A DNA stretch of 64,000 nucleotides, taken from contig OZ234494.1 of the NCBI GenBank assembly GCA_965153455.1, positions 5,642,001 through 5,706,000 on the forward strand, read 5' to 3'. A program made the position numbers and the translations under genes. Positions 24,784-37,118 of this stretch are shown here, piece by piece. Source of the stretch: Sphagnum compactum. Taxonomy: Eukaryota. The notes below the pieces were generated by a model. It worked only from the letters and a program-made list of their open reading frames with translations, ran no database searches and was not told the origin of the DNA. Position 1 is the first letter of the stretch; every line of letters starts with the position of its first letter.

Positions 24784-27145
24784 TCATTTCTTATAATCAT
24801 AATAAATGATGGAAAATATTTTTTTTAAATATAAAGATTTCATATCTACAATTTCCTCCCTTTCAAACTCCCCTTCAAATTCCTCTAACTCCTCTTCTAC
24901 AATTTCATCCTTTTCTATGAACTCCACCAGGGTTGATGGAATATTACATCCTACCCTAGGATCATTGGGCCAATTTTGACTAACAAAAAATAATTTATCT
25001 AAAATTTCAAATTGTAACCAACATCTTTTAAGGCTTGTTAAAATTTCAGCAAGAGAAAAAATGTGTTCAGTCTCAATTTGGGAACTTATAATTCTTAAGA
25101 TTTGTTTTGTAAGAAAACCAGTTGCATGGAATTTAGACTCATGTTTCTCCCAGCATTGGAGAAGGTTTGTTATATCTTTCACATCCACATGAAACCTTTT
25201 AAAATCCAATAACTCCCTTGTTACAATTTCCTTTACAATTTCAACACTGTTGTTGGTCATTTGGAAAATATTTAGTCCACAATCTTGATCATCATCCTCC
25301 TTTACAAAACTAAAAGCAACATCTCCTATAGGATGTAAATGATTGTATGACTTGACCAACATGGGATACAACCCTCTCCTATCATACTCCTCCACAATAG
25401 ACATTCTTTGCTCTTTACCAACATATGAAGAAACAAGATGAAGATCCTTGAACCTAAGGTCAAGCATAAAAAATAACATGATATGTGTTTTCTTCTCTTC
25501 ATATGTCCTCAAGAATGAAAGGAGAGAATCTAAAACCCCAAACACTTTTGATTTAATGTTAAAGGCAAGAGTTGTTAACTTAAAAAAAACTCCAATGTCA
25601 TCATCCATGAGGGACTCAAAAAAATGTCTCAAATGCATTTCATCCTTGGCTTTAAAATTCATGGTGATGGTAAAATTCAGGGATCTAATAATAACCAATG
25701 TCCAACAAGTTGGTTCAAAATGCAAATAGAGACAATAAGGCTAAAATAATTAACTATTATTTGACAAATGAACCATGTAATAGGAAGAGGAACACAACTA
25801 GACATTTGAGCATTAGTTTGCTTACTGTAACACATGATAATAATTCCACGAAAAAGAAGCATTTCCTATAATAATATCCCAGATTCAATAGAAGTTTTTA
25901 TCCACTCTGTCTTCCCTTTCCAATTTTTTTGGGTCACATTCTACACTTTTAGATATCAAACTGCACAAACTTGATTGCAACATACTTAAGATCTTTGTAA
26001 ACCCTCTTTTCAACAATAACATATTGACAGCTTTTGGATAATGCATGACCAAAATAAGTGCCATTGAAACTCTCTTCCAACCATAAAACCTCACAATTAA
26101 CAACATATTTGAGAGTTGTGGTCATAAAATTTAAGTTTGTCTCTTCATCTTTTACATAGGTGATGATGTTTTTGCTTAACCCATAAGAGTCCAAAAGCTT
26201 TTTCAAATTTTTAGCTAAGGTTTGACCTGTTGTTTTTGTTGCTTAAAAAATACCAATTGTCACCTTCTTGGGTTGTTTATTTTCATCCAAAAAGTTAATG
26301 CTCAAGGCAAAAATGTCATAAGCGCCTTTTAACATCCACAAATCAAAACATGTAATAGCTGACATAGAATGAGAAAGTTTTGGTAAAACATACACATCTT
26401 TTGTTTTCTAAACCAAGTTTGGCAGAATCTTTTATGAAAATTTTTTTTGGAGGGAAAGACAATGCAAGGATTCAATTGCAAAGCAAATTGCTTCACCCAT
26501 GGACTTTCCAAAAAATGTACAGGCAAATGACTTTTAATAATCAACAAAGCTACATTTTCAAGAAATTGTTTCTATTGCACTTCATTTTTTTTTGTAAAAA
26601 AGTATTGGAGAAAAAACTTTAGAAATTTTAGATGAAGATTTTTTTTGCCTCTTTTTAGTTGGTTGTTTTTCAACTTAACATTTCACTTAACTATTCATTT
26701 CTTCATCAAGTTTGTTTGCAAGTAAATGGTGTTTTGCATCCACATGTTTTTTCAAAGTTGATATCCGATTAATCTTATAATATGAAATTAATCCCTTCCT
26801 TAGTTTTGTTTTTGGATTATATAACATAGGTGTTTTGTAACACAAATGACATCTCATGACTTGAGGGATTTTGCCATCCATTGGTTTATTATCATCGACC
26901 ACATAGAAAGCCCAACAAATGGCATTTCTCCTTTTAGGTTTCCAGAATAATCTTTGAGCATGCAATTTTTGTAAGTTTAAGATGAATCTTTCATCATTAC
27001 TTTTAGAAGCCCAACTAGCTTTAGTTTTGAAGCTCAAATTCTCAATTGAAGTTTCTATTATAAGTAGATCATCCATCAATTCTTCATTTTAATAAAGTTC
27101 AATCTTAATTTCGTCTATAGTATTCTCATTTGCACTTGATTCCAT
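24784..27145 (-). pseudogene. hAT transposase (BED finger + hATC dimerisation), frameshifted
   Basis: AICWAFY...CHLC...STLKKHVDAKH (BED finger) and SQIETEHIFSLAEIL (hATC); split over several frames. Confidence 0.88.
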
Positions 27146-27974
27146 TAAAAGTAATGTCAAAAACAACAGTAAGCAATGCAAATTTTCAACTTTCAACAAC
27201 CATAATCTAAAATATTACAAGTTTTTTCTTTCAAATTAAAAGGTTTTTATAATTTTATAAATATATTTTCTGATTGCAAGTTATAAATTTAATCAACAAA
27301 AGGGTAAAGGTAAAGAGAAAAGTCAAGGGTCAAGGGGAAAGAACATTTACAAAGATAACAACAAATTCACTTTTAGGCCTAATGCAAAGAATAAAATTTG
27401 AAAGGAAATTACAACTACTATTGCCCCCTCAAACAAGCACCAATCTCCAAGCCTCACTTGTAAATAAAATAAATGAAATGTCAAAAATCAGTTTCAACTT
27501 ATTAATAAAACAAACTATCTATAAAACTACAAATCAAATACAAAGGCATGTTAGAAAAAAATAAGATCAAACAAAAAAATCAAACTTAATGGATTATTTC
27601 TATTTATTAAAGAAAAACTTACAAGTTTTAAAGACAATTTTTTGTTTTCTTTCCTTTCCCTGCAAAATCAAAAATAAAACTAAAAATATTGAATCAAGAA
27701 ACTAAAGCTAAAAAAAAAACTTCAAGAATGATCAAATAAAAAATGAAAATTAAAAAAAAAAAACTCACCTTGCTTGTTGGTTTTTACTTGCTGTTTATAA
27801 TTCCAAAGACTACTTACAAAAGCAAATAGGGGGGGATGGAATACCATGTAGGGAAACACAAGCAAGGAATAACAAGCAGGGAGGAATGATAGGTGGGGAG
27901 AGTACTAAGCAAGGAGGAATGACAAGTGGGGAGCAACAAGTGGGGAGGAATGACAAGCGTGGAGTAACAAGCAG

Positions 27975-28114
27975 CACTAGAAGAAAAACCCCATTTTTCA
28001 ACTTGATTTAGGCGACTAAAAGTGTCTTTTCCGACTATTTTTGATCAAAAAATAGTCGCAAAAACACTTTTAGTTGCCTAAGTCAAGTCGAAAAATGGGG
28101 TTTTTCTTTTAGTG
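27975..28114. mobile_element. 140-bp palindromic CACTA MITE nested in the hAT element
   Basis: CACTAGAAGAAAAACCCC...GGGGTTTTTCTTTTAGTG; whole element self-complementary around GATC; flanks CAG/TAG. Confidence 0.85.
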
Positions 28115-29397
28115 TAGGGACAAACAATGAGCGAGGAGCAACAAGTGGGGAGGAATGATAGGTAGGGAGCAACAGTAGTGACAGACGAAAAACAACAAAT
28201 GAAGAGGAACAACGAGTGGGGAGTAGCAAGTAAAGAATAACCGCAGGCTAGGAATAACGAGTGGGGAGCAGCCATGAGTGAAGAACAAGTGGGGAATAGC
28301 CACGGGTAGAGAACAACAACACAAGCTGAAGTAACAACACAACAAGAACAAGCCAAAATTTTTATAAAAAAAACTAGAACTTACAAACTACAAACTATAA
28401 GCCCTACAAACAAAGGAAAAAACCAAATAAAACTATGAATAACACAAAACACAAACCACTTAAGAAAAATTTTAAAAATCTAAAAAACACTAAATGCTTG
28501 AGAGTAGAAAAGAACAAAGGTTTGGAATTTGGATGTCTATTAGTGAGTATGAACAAAAAGAGCTCAAAAGAGAGAGCTTGGATTCCTTTTATAACTGAAG
28601 TTTAACCCTAACCCCAAAGGGTGGCTGCCATCATAATGTGGCGGCTGCCTCCATAAACAATAACTTTAGTTGTTTAATTTTTTACTTTCATAAATGGTAA
28701 GTTTAATTTTTTAAATTAAAATTAAATTTTTTTGCTTACTTTTATTATTACCTTTTATTTACTCTTACTATTTACTTTTAAATTTTTTACCATGAAAACT
28801 GGACCCTTTTCAACATGTGAGAACCAGTCCGATTCTCAAATTTGATGCCCAATGATAACCTAGGCAGTTTTCACTAGGTGGTTCTCATCTCCAACGAGAA
28901 CCACCAAGCAGGTTCTCATGGCGGTTCTCACCGCTGACTCTCATTGGCCAGTTCTCACTGAAAACTAGACTGAAAACTGGCACTGGTTTTCAGCCGGCAG
29001 GTGAGAACCGCCCAACACTGGTCTTAACCGTTACATCTTGAGCCACACTGGCAAGTTTTTTCAAGCTGGGGCAGCATCTAACAACTCCATTTCCAAATTT
29101 TGCTCTTTGCCCATGCTACAAACCTCATCAACATGTAAGAGCGGTCATCTCACACAAGTACTCAAAACACAGCAGGGCTGAGAACAGTCCCAAACAGCGG
29201 TGATTTTTTTCTGCCCAAAAATAGATGAAATTTGTATGATTTTGTGTAGAGTTATATTGGATGGTCAACTTTGTCCATCCATTTCTTCCTCCTCTCAACT
29301 CAGTTTGCACAGGATTCTTTCTACACCATTCATATCGATGCCTTCTATCTACCTTAGAATTTTCACAATCAGTAAAGCATGGTATTTTGGTCCAATC

Positions 29398-30029
29398 CAG
29401 TGTTGGGGGCGGTTCTCAAATGCTGATCCGGTTCTCTGTCAGGTTCTAACCATTGTCACTTTCAAATGTGAGAACCGAACTGAAAACCGACCTCAGGTTC
29501 TCACGCAATCGAGAACCGGTTCAAATGTATACATTTTTTGGGGGGAGAAGTGAACAGGTTCTCTCATAGAACCCAGATCCGGTTCTCAGAGTTCTCTGTA
29601 TCATTTATTGGTCCCACTTGTTCTTCTTCTCACTTGGGACTGCTACTCTTCTCCTGTTGCTATTATTTTTTTCCCATTGCTCTTATTCTTTTCCTGTTGC
29701 TGTTACTTTCCTCACAGGGTGTTGCTCTTTCTGTGTGATGAAGTCATTTAATTATTAATTATTTAATTATTTGAAAATATTTTATTTAATAAATTTTTTA
29801 ATAATCAGGTTGTGAAAACCAGATGTGAAAACCGGTTGTTGTTGTATATACGAGAACCAACTTATCTGAGAACTGGGTGAGTTTGAAAAAAAATAAAAAT
29901 TTGATAACCTGATCAGATCTCACCAGCCCAAAAAAATGTATATTAGAGAACCGATCAGGTTCTCATAACATCATGAGTGAACCGGAAACTGGTTGGTTCT
30001 CACAAAAAAGTGAGAACCGCCCAACACTG
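29398..30029. mobile_element. non-autonomous hAT MITE of the same TIR family as 24504-29020
   Basis: TIRs CAGTGTTGGGGGCGGTTCTC / GAGAACCGCCCAACACTG, TSD GTCCAATC / GTCCAATT. Confidence 0.88.
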
Positions 30030-30642
30030 GTCCAATTGTCCAAAAACTTGTAATTTTGAAAACTGCCCAAAACTTAAAAAACTAAACTTTCCTCCATTTC
30101 TAAACCAGATCCTTTTTATTCTAAATCTGAGAGACTCAGCTTGAAGTCCTCTACAACTCTACCAAGTTGAGATTTTAAAATTCGGAAAAAATGCATGGCT
30201 TTTGGGCACATTTGTGAGGGCTGGTCGGACTTTTGTGTTGGGACTGACTGTTTTGGTAAAATTCCAAGTAAGGGTTTAGGTTTAGGGTCTAATGGTGTTT
30301 ACAACAAGCACCCAAAAAAAAAACCTAAGGGATTTCTACTGTGCTAATACTAGTGTGGTGTGGTTCACCCAATCCAGTGGACATGACTGAGTTATTCCAT
30401 GGCGGCTGGGCGAAGTGGGTTCCTTCGTTGCTTCTCTCGCAGCGCCTGCGATTCGCTCCCATGGGCGGCTGGTCCTTGGAAAAGACGGGACGCAATCCAG
30501 GGAATAGACAATAAATAACCCCAACATAAGCCCAGAGAATTATTAGTCACAAGTCTCATACCCGCCACCATCCCTTAGAGTACATGAAATTATCACTCTC
30601 AGTAGAGCGCTTACAAAAAGCTTGAACAGTTAGTTAGCGATC

Positions 30643-31317
30643 ATGGGTAGCTTGAATTTCAGATTGTGTATGCAGCTAATTGCAACGTGCTTGTTGCTGC
30701 AGCACTTTATTTTAATGACCCAATTGTCGTTGCAGGTGCAGGCTGATGCAGAACCCCTCCACGACTTCTGCGTAGCAGATCCGACACAGCCGACCTCAGT
30801 GGGATACAATTGCAAGCCCGTGGCCGAAGTGACGGTCAAGGATTTCGTCTTTTCCCTGGACCAGCCCATTGTTCAGGCACTCTCGCCAGCTTACCCAGGG
30901 CTTAACTCTCTGGGAAGCGCAATCTCGCGGTTCGATATCCCAGCTGGCGGGCTTGTCAACCCCCACACGCATCCTCGCGCAACGGAGCTCTTCTATGTCA
31001 AGGAGGGCACGTTCTACGCCGGGTTCGTGTCCGTGGCCGGAAAGCTCTACGACACCGTGATTAAGACGGAAGATGTCATTATCTTCCCACAAGGACTCAT
31101 ACATTTCGCGTACAATTTGCTCAACACCACTGCAACTATTATCGTTTCGTTCAATAGCGAGAATCCTGGCACATACTTCGTCGCGCCGACGCTTTTCGGG
31201 TCCGGCATCAAGGATATTGTGCTGGAAAAGGCTTTCGAAATCGATGCAGAGACCCTGAAGAATATTGAGAAGGTTTGGACACCACACATACCACCATTAT
31301 TGCACATCGTGCTTTGA
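30643..31317 (+). CDS. GLP: germin-like protein (cupin superfamily), secreted, intronless
   Basis: Signal peptide, DFCVAD...CK cysteine pair, PGLNSLG, germin box NPHTHPRATE, FPQGLIHF and SFNSENPG; GC-rich coding composition. Confidence 0.93.
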   Translation: MGSLNFRLCMQLIATCLLLQHFILMTQLSLQVQADAEPLHDFCVADPTQPTSVGYNCKPVAEVTVKDFVFSLDQPIVQALSPAYPGLNSLGSAISRFDIPAGGLVNPHTHPRATELFYVKEGTFYAGFVSVAGKLYDTVIKTEDVIIFPQGLIHFAYNLLNTTATIIVSFNSENPGTYFVAPTLFGSGIKDIVLEKAFEIDAETLKNIEKVWTPHIPPLLHIVL

Positions 31318-32319
31318 AGTTAATTGATACATGAGCGTTCTGAAGCTTGACATCTTTTCAGTTTTCTACTATGAAGCAATCTTTACCATGATAAATTTCC
31401 TTTTAGAAAATGGGGAAACTAAGACTTTGAATCCTCCACTTTGTGCATGATCTTTGTCGGAGGAACACATTCTTTTCTTTCAAATATGACTAAACATTGA
31501 AATCCTTATTTTCCACGTTACCCTACTAAACCTGAACGGAGCAGCCCGGAACTGAAATCAATGTACCGTTGTGACCTTCTTCCATGTGTAGAATTTTCTT
31601 CCCAAAAAGAAATGAGGAGAAGGCACATGATGCGATTTCTCGAGAATCTGAATTCATCAGCAAGCCTGGATGTTGCTGGAAGAAATGTGATGAAGGACAA
31701 GAAGTTCCAATATTTTCCTCTGCAGCGTTTCAGATCATCCTGGTAATGATTGAACATCAAGTTGAGAAATCCTCCCTACTATAGGGCCTGCGCAATTCTC
31801 CTTTTCCATTTGAGGTTACTTCTGACCGGGGGCATTCCATTCTAGATGTTTGCTAGTTAGGAAGGACACTAGATATCCTGGCTCTTGGTCACTGAGCTAT
31901 AACTTTGTGCTTGGTATGTTCTTTCCTTTGCATTTGTTGTATATATTTGGGTTCTCTTACAGTAAGAATGCTCATGTTTCTATCAGTTCCAAGTGTTGTG
32001 ACTTGTCCTGCTCTTGCTTTTGAAAAGGGCCTGTGTGTGTCTAATTTTGGCTAGTTCTTGAATTTGAAAGTAACCTCTGGTTGGGTTTCACCTTGTCCTT
32101 AGGATTTTTTTATATAAAATTTGGTAAAACTTCTGGTCCAATTCGAGACCTGATTCTTCAGGTTTCAAGACTCCCAATTTCCCAAAAAAGATTACTAGGC
32201 TTCCAAACTGGATCTAGTTCTACATACCCTTGGATAGCTAAAACTTGAATTTTTGCTAGTTATTAAGCCTTGTACAACCAATAAAAAGTGATCACCTCTA
32301 TCCATTGCATCTCATTCAA

Positions 32320-33795
32320 AACACTAAACATGAGCAATAAATTAAGTGCAGCACTGATCTTGACACTCGATGCAGTTGCAGGATGATGTCCAACAAGAAA
32401 AATATTTTCAAAATCTTTTTGCTATATTCAAACTATGATTAACTATTTAATTATTAATTTTACAGAATATTTCCAAAGAAAAATAAGTGATCCCATGGTT
32501 GGAATCTCCACCTTTAACTAAGGGGTTCAAAGTTCAATCCTTTTCTCAATTTCTTTTTTTTTCATGAACAAAATGAATAGAAAAAATAGCATACATGCAA
32601 TTTTTTCAAACTAGATGACCCGAAGCAAAACAAGACTAAATTACATTCCACATAAAAAAGAAAGAGGATTAAGTTGTCATGGGGAGCAATTTTTCTCAAG
32701 CAACAAATTTTTAAATGTTTAACAAGAAAGTATGAAAGGATAAATTTTTTCAGAATCAAACATTGTTTATACCATTTGAAAGCTCTTGAAATGTAAATAT
32801 CTAAAATGATCTTGCATTCTTGATTATAAGATATAGGTTAAAAGTTATGACGAAACAAAAAGTTGAGTGTCAAATTTTCAAGTCCTTTTCATTCCTAGAA
32901 AGGAGATTAAATTGCCTTGGGGAAGAAGGGAACTTAGAAATTTGACCCTTAGCTTTTCTTTTTGCCATAACTTTTAGCTCATAGTCTCAAATCAAGAATG
33001 AAAAAATCATTGTAAATATTTAAATTTCATGAGTTTTCAATTGTATAAAAAATATTTCATTTGGGAAAATTTTATCCCTTGTATTTTCTTGTTAAACATT
33101 TGAAAACTTGCTCTCCAAAGGAAATTGCTCCTTGGGGCAACTTAGTTCCCTCCTCTTTAAGATAGAAAGGGATTTGGAAAGTTGACCCCCAAGACTTTTC
33201 TTTTTGTTATAACTTTAAGTTCATAACCTCAAATCAAGAATGCAAAATCATTTTAGATATCTAAGTTTAAAAAGGTTTCCAATGGTATAAAGATGTTTGA
33301 TTTGGACAAAATTTTCCCCATGTATTTTTTTTGTCAAACATTCGGGAACTTGTTCCACGGGGCAACCTTGTCTTTTTTTCTTAAAAAAGTTTTTCGCTAA
33401 TGGAAATTATTCCATGAAGCAACTTAGTCCCCTTCTCCCTTGGAGAACATGGTTGGGGCTACCATTTTGTCTCCTCCCTAGGGAAAGTCGTTTTCTCCTT
33501 GGGGCATTTAGTTTGAAGAAGTTGGCCAAAGGCCTTTTTTTTCATCTATTTTTTCCATGGAAGAAAAATAGAATTTAAAAAAAAATCAAACCCTTGACCC
33601 TTTGTTTGAAGTGGGAGATATTAACCATTGGATATGAATTTCTTTTTCTTTGGAAATATGGTGTAAAAAAAGAGAATTAAAATGCTCATCATAGTTTGAG
33701 TACATTTTTAAAAAATTAAAATTTTGTTTGTTGGGCATTGTCTTGTAACTATGTTGAAACTAATGCCACATTTAATTCATTGTTTTATTTAATGT
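32320..33795. mobile_element. degenerate long-TIR foldback (Mutator-like) element
   Basis: Arms of several hundred bp are imperfect reverse complements, e.g. AATATTTCCAAAGAAAAA vs TTTTTCTTTGGAAATAT and ATCTAAAATGATCTTGCATTCTTGATT vs AATCAAGAATGCAAAATCATTTTAGAT. Confidence 0.65.
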
Positions 33796-34499
33796 TTTGC
33801 CATCCTTAAAACCACCAAAGGAAAAAAATAAACATACTTGAAACATGTTCCAAAATTAATAACTATATTCTTAATGCCACCCAAAAAGGCCATGTTATGT
33901 TAAACCATGGCCATTCATGGTCATCCAACAAAAATCTAGTATGCAAAGAAAAGACCATTAGACCTAGGAAAATGTAAAGTGAGTTTAAATTTGATTATAC
34001 TTACATGTGATTGTTCACACACATAAGTTTAAGAAAATCCAAGTCCAAGAGGCCCAACCTTCAATTTACTAGCTTTATTAGGTGCATTTTTGTAAAAAGA
34101 TGTATGAAAAAACAAAATCAATTTTCACCATCTTCATCACCACAATTTTCATCAAGTTCATTTTGACATGGCATTTTAAGCTTTTTACATCAAGCTTAAG
34201 CTTTTGACATGGATCCTAGACCTTTTATATGGAGCTCAAACTTTTGACTTTTGACATCAAGCATGGGCTTTTGACATGTGTTGTGTTAATTTAATATGTA
34301 CAAGTCTCACAAAATTTCCGTAATACATGTTGGAAACCTAAACATGTCCATTTCAGATTTCTAGCTAAAATCGGATTTTGAACATGATAATACTAGTTCG
34401 AAGTCCAATTCTAGCTAAAATTCCAACCTACGTCCGAACTAGAATGAGAAGTACACCCTAAACCCAAGTTGGCAACATTATTCTTGTCCACTTTACTAA

Positions 34500-37118
34500 C
34501 AGTACAAAAAATCATGGCTTTTCAAAATGCCAACTTAACCAAAATGTCCACATTGATCAAAAGGTATGTCCATTTTGACTAAAGGTTTGAGGCATGAAAA
34601 ATACATGTCATTTGACTAAAGTGACCTTTTTGACCAAGTTTCAAACTGAAGATCTGGTCAAAATGGACAAATGTCCATTTATATGGCCATGGCTTAGTCA
34701 AATTGGGCATATTGAATGGATAGGGTTTAATCAAATCAACCATCCTAATTTGACCTTTAGTCAAATTGACCATTATGATTTAACATTTGATCAGATAAGT
34801 TGTATTCATTTGATGATTCAACCTACTTGTTAAGCTTAAGTTACCTACCTAACTTAACATAATTAGTAGGTTAGGCTAGGCCTAAATTACCTATCTAGCT
34901 TAACATAATTAATAAGTTAATAGGTTACTTGTTAGGTGATAACCCAACTAGTAGCCTAACTAGGTAGCCTAGCCTAAACCTATCTAATAGGTTACCCAAG
35001 ATGTAACCTAGGACTACTAATTAAGTAGCCTATAACTAGATAGTGTAAGCCTTTTAGGTAGGTATCATAAATGACCTAGGTTTACTAGGTAAACCTACTA
35101 GCCATGTAGGTAGCCTACTATCATAAACTTACTATAGGTACATAACATAGGCCACCTAGGCTTAATAAGTAAATAGCCTATCCTACTAGTTAAATAAATA
35201 GCTTAAACCACCGAGGCCTACTAGGTAGGTAATTGAACCTAGGCTATCGAGGTTTACATAGTAGTTATGTACATAGCATAGGCCACCTAGGCCTACAAGG
35301 TAGGTAGTTTAACGTAGGCCACTTAGGCCTACTAGGTATGTAACTTAGTTTAAGCCGCCTAGGCCTACTAGGTAGGTATGTAACCTGACTTAGGCTACTT
35401 AAACCTACTAAGTAAGTATGTAACCTACTTTAGGCTTCCTAGGTATGGGTGCAATCATGCTAATAGGAGCCAAAAGCAATCATAACTAGTCTTTCATTTT
35501 GTGTTTTTTACACAAAGAAATATAAAAAGAATTTGAACTTGAAATTTTTTGCACATTATCAAATCTAATAACTTACTCTACAAATGCTCAAAATATGAAA
35601 TGATTTTATTAACATTTGGACTTTCAAAAATAGTGTAATATCCATGTAACCATTATTTTTTACTTTTCATATTTGGAAAATTCTAAGTTTTCAGAGGCAT
35701 AATAAACATGTTTTACAGAGTTTCAAGACATAAACCTTCAAAAATGATTATCTTATACATGATATGTGAAATAAATGGTTTGGCTTGCATTTAATTATTT
35801 TATGACTAGGTGACGGTTTGCTTGGGTGTCACAAAAATACTGTCGATCGTAGTTTTTTGGGTAGTTTTTGGAACAAAATACCATATGAAGCAATTTCGAT
35901 GATGTGATAATAAAATTTGTCCACATTGAGAATTACCTTAAATTAATACACAATGACACCAAATCACTTTTGAAGGTGTTAACATTTAAGTATATTAATG
36001 CCCTATCAAATTTGTTTGTGGATATAAACATGATAGGGTAGTGGCTTCTTAGTTGGAATCAAGGAGTACATTTTTTGGCATATGCTAATATGAATACTAA
36101 AGAATATTTGAAATGAAATGCCCATAAAATTCGTTGGCCTTTGAAATGTGCCACATGTCTATGGTTTTTGAAATGGGGAATCTACAGTTTTCCCACCATT
36201 GGGTTCCCCCTATATTTGACACAATTTTATTATGTTAAGGGAGGAAATCATGATGCAGTCGTGGATGGATGAAATCATGATGGATGAAATCCAAAAGGAT
36301 AAAGCTTGTGATGGGTGAACCCTTGATGGATGAAATCAAGATGGATTAAACTTTTGATGGATGAAATCATGATGGATTACTTTCTATGGATGCACTTTTG
36401 ATGGATAAAGCTTGTGATGGATGAAATCAAGATGGATGAACTCATGATGGAATAAGCTTGTGATGGATGAACTTTTGATAGATGACATGATGTTGGGACT
36501 TTTGTGAGATTCCATGAAATTCCATGAATGTAAATAGATGTGTGGGTAGGTAGGTAGGTAATTAATATGAAGGTAGGTTATAGGTGGGTGGATAGGTAGG
36601 TAGGTAATACATCTAGGTAGGTGGGTGGGTGGGTGGCTGGATAGGTATGTAGGTAGGTTATAGGTGGGTGTGTTGGTATGTAGGTATGTAGGTTGTAAGT
36701 TTGTAAGTGGGAAGTAGGAAATAGGTATGTAATAAGCATAAGATGTCCCATTTGACTAGAGAACATAGGTCATTTTGATTAATGATGTTAATTTTTTATG
36801 TTCAATTTGGCTAGATGTATTGGTCAAATAAGTCGCTTTAGTCAAGTTGATTAGTCAAAACACTACCACAAAATGTGGGTGCAGTTCACTAGTCCATGTT
36901 CACTAGACCGGTGAATTCATTACTTCCCCACTAGGTCCTATTCACTATAACCAATGAATTCATTCATAATCCAGTGAAATCACTTGGTGTACAAGGACAC
37001 CTTTTGTTATAGTGAAAATAAATATTTCGGGCCTCTAGTCAAAATGGACATTTTCATTAGTAAAAAAGGATTAATTAGTCAACTTGAGGCATTTGAAAAA
37101 CCAAATTTTGTAGTAGTG
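34500..37118. mobile_element. degenerate non-autonomous CACTA-like element with low-complexity interior
   Basis: Left end CAGTACAAAAAATCATGG and right end TTTTGTAGTAGTG; interior AGGCCTACTAGGT repeats, TGGATGAA repeats (36262-36490) and a (GGTA/GGTG)n tract (36540-36720). Confidence 0.5.
36861..37014. mobile_element. CACTA-type MITE (inverted copy of 9051-9205)
   Basis: CACTACCACAAAA...TTTTGTTATAGTG with AAA TSD. Confidence 0.82.

Larger units (their letters stand above)
24504..29020 (-). mobile_element. full-length hAT DNA transposon with decayed transposase
   Basis: TIRs CAATGTTGGCCAGTTCTC / GAGAACCGCCCAACACTG, perfect 8-bp TSD GTCTTAAC, subterminal GAGAACC repeats. Confidence 0.92.

Noticed and set aside
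30796..31307. Antisense and alternative-frame ORFs over the germin gene (likewise over the ALOG gene)
   Set aside because: Shadow ORFs of GC-rich coding sequence with no recognisable motifs
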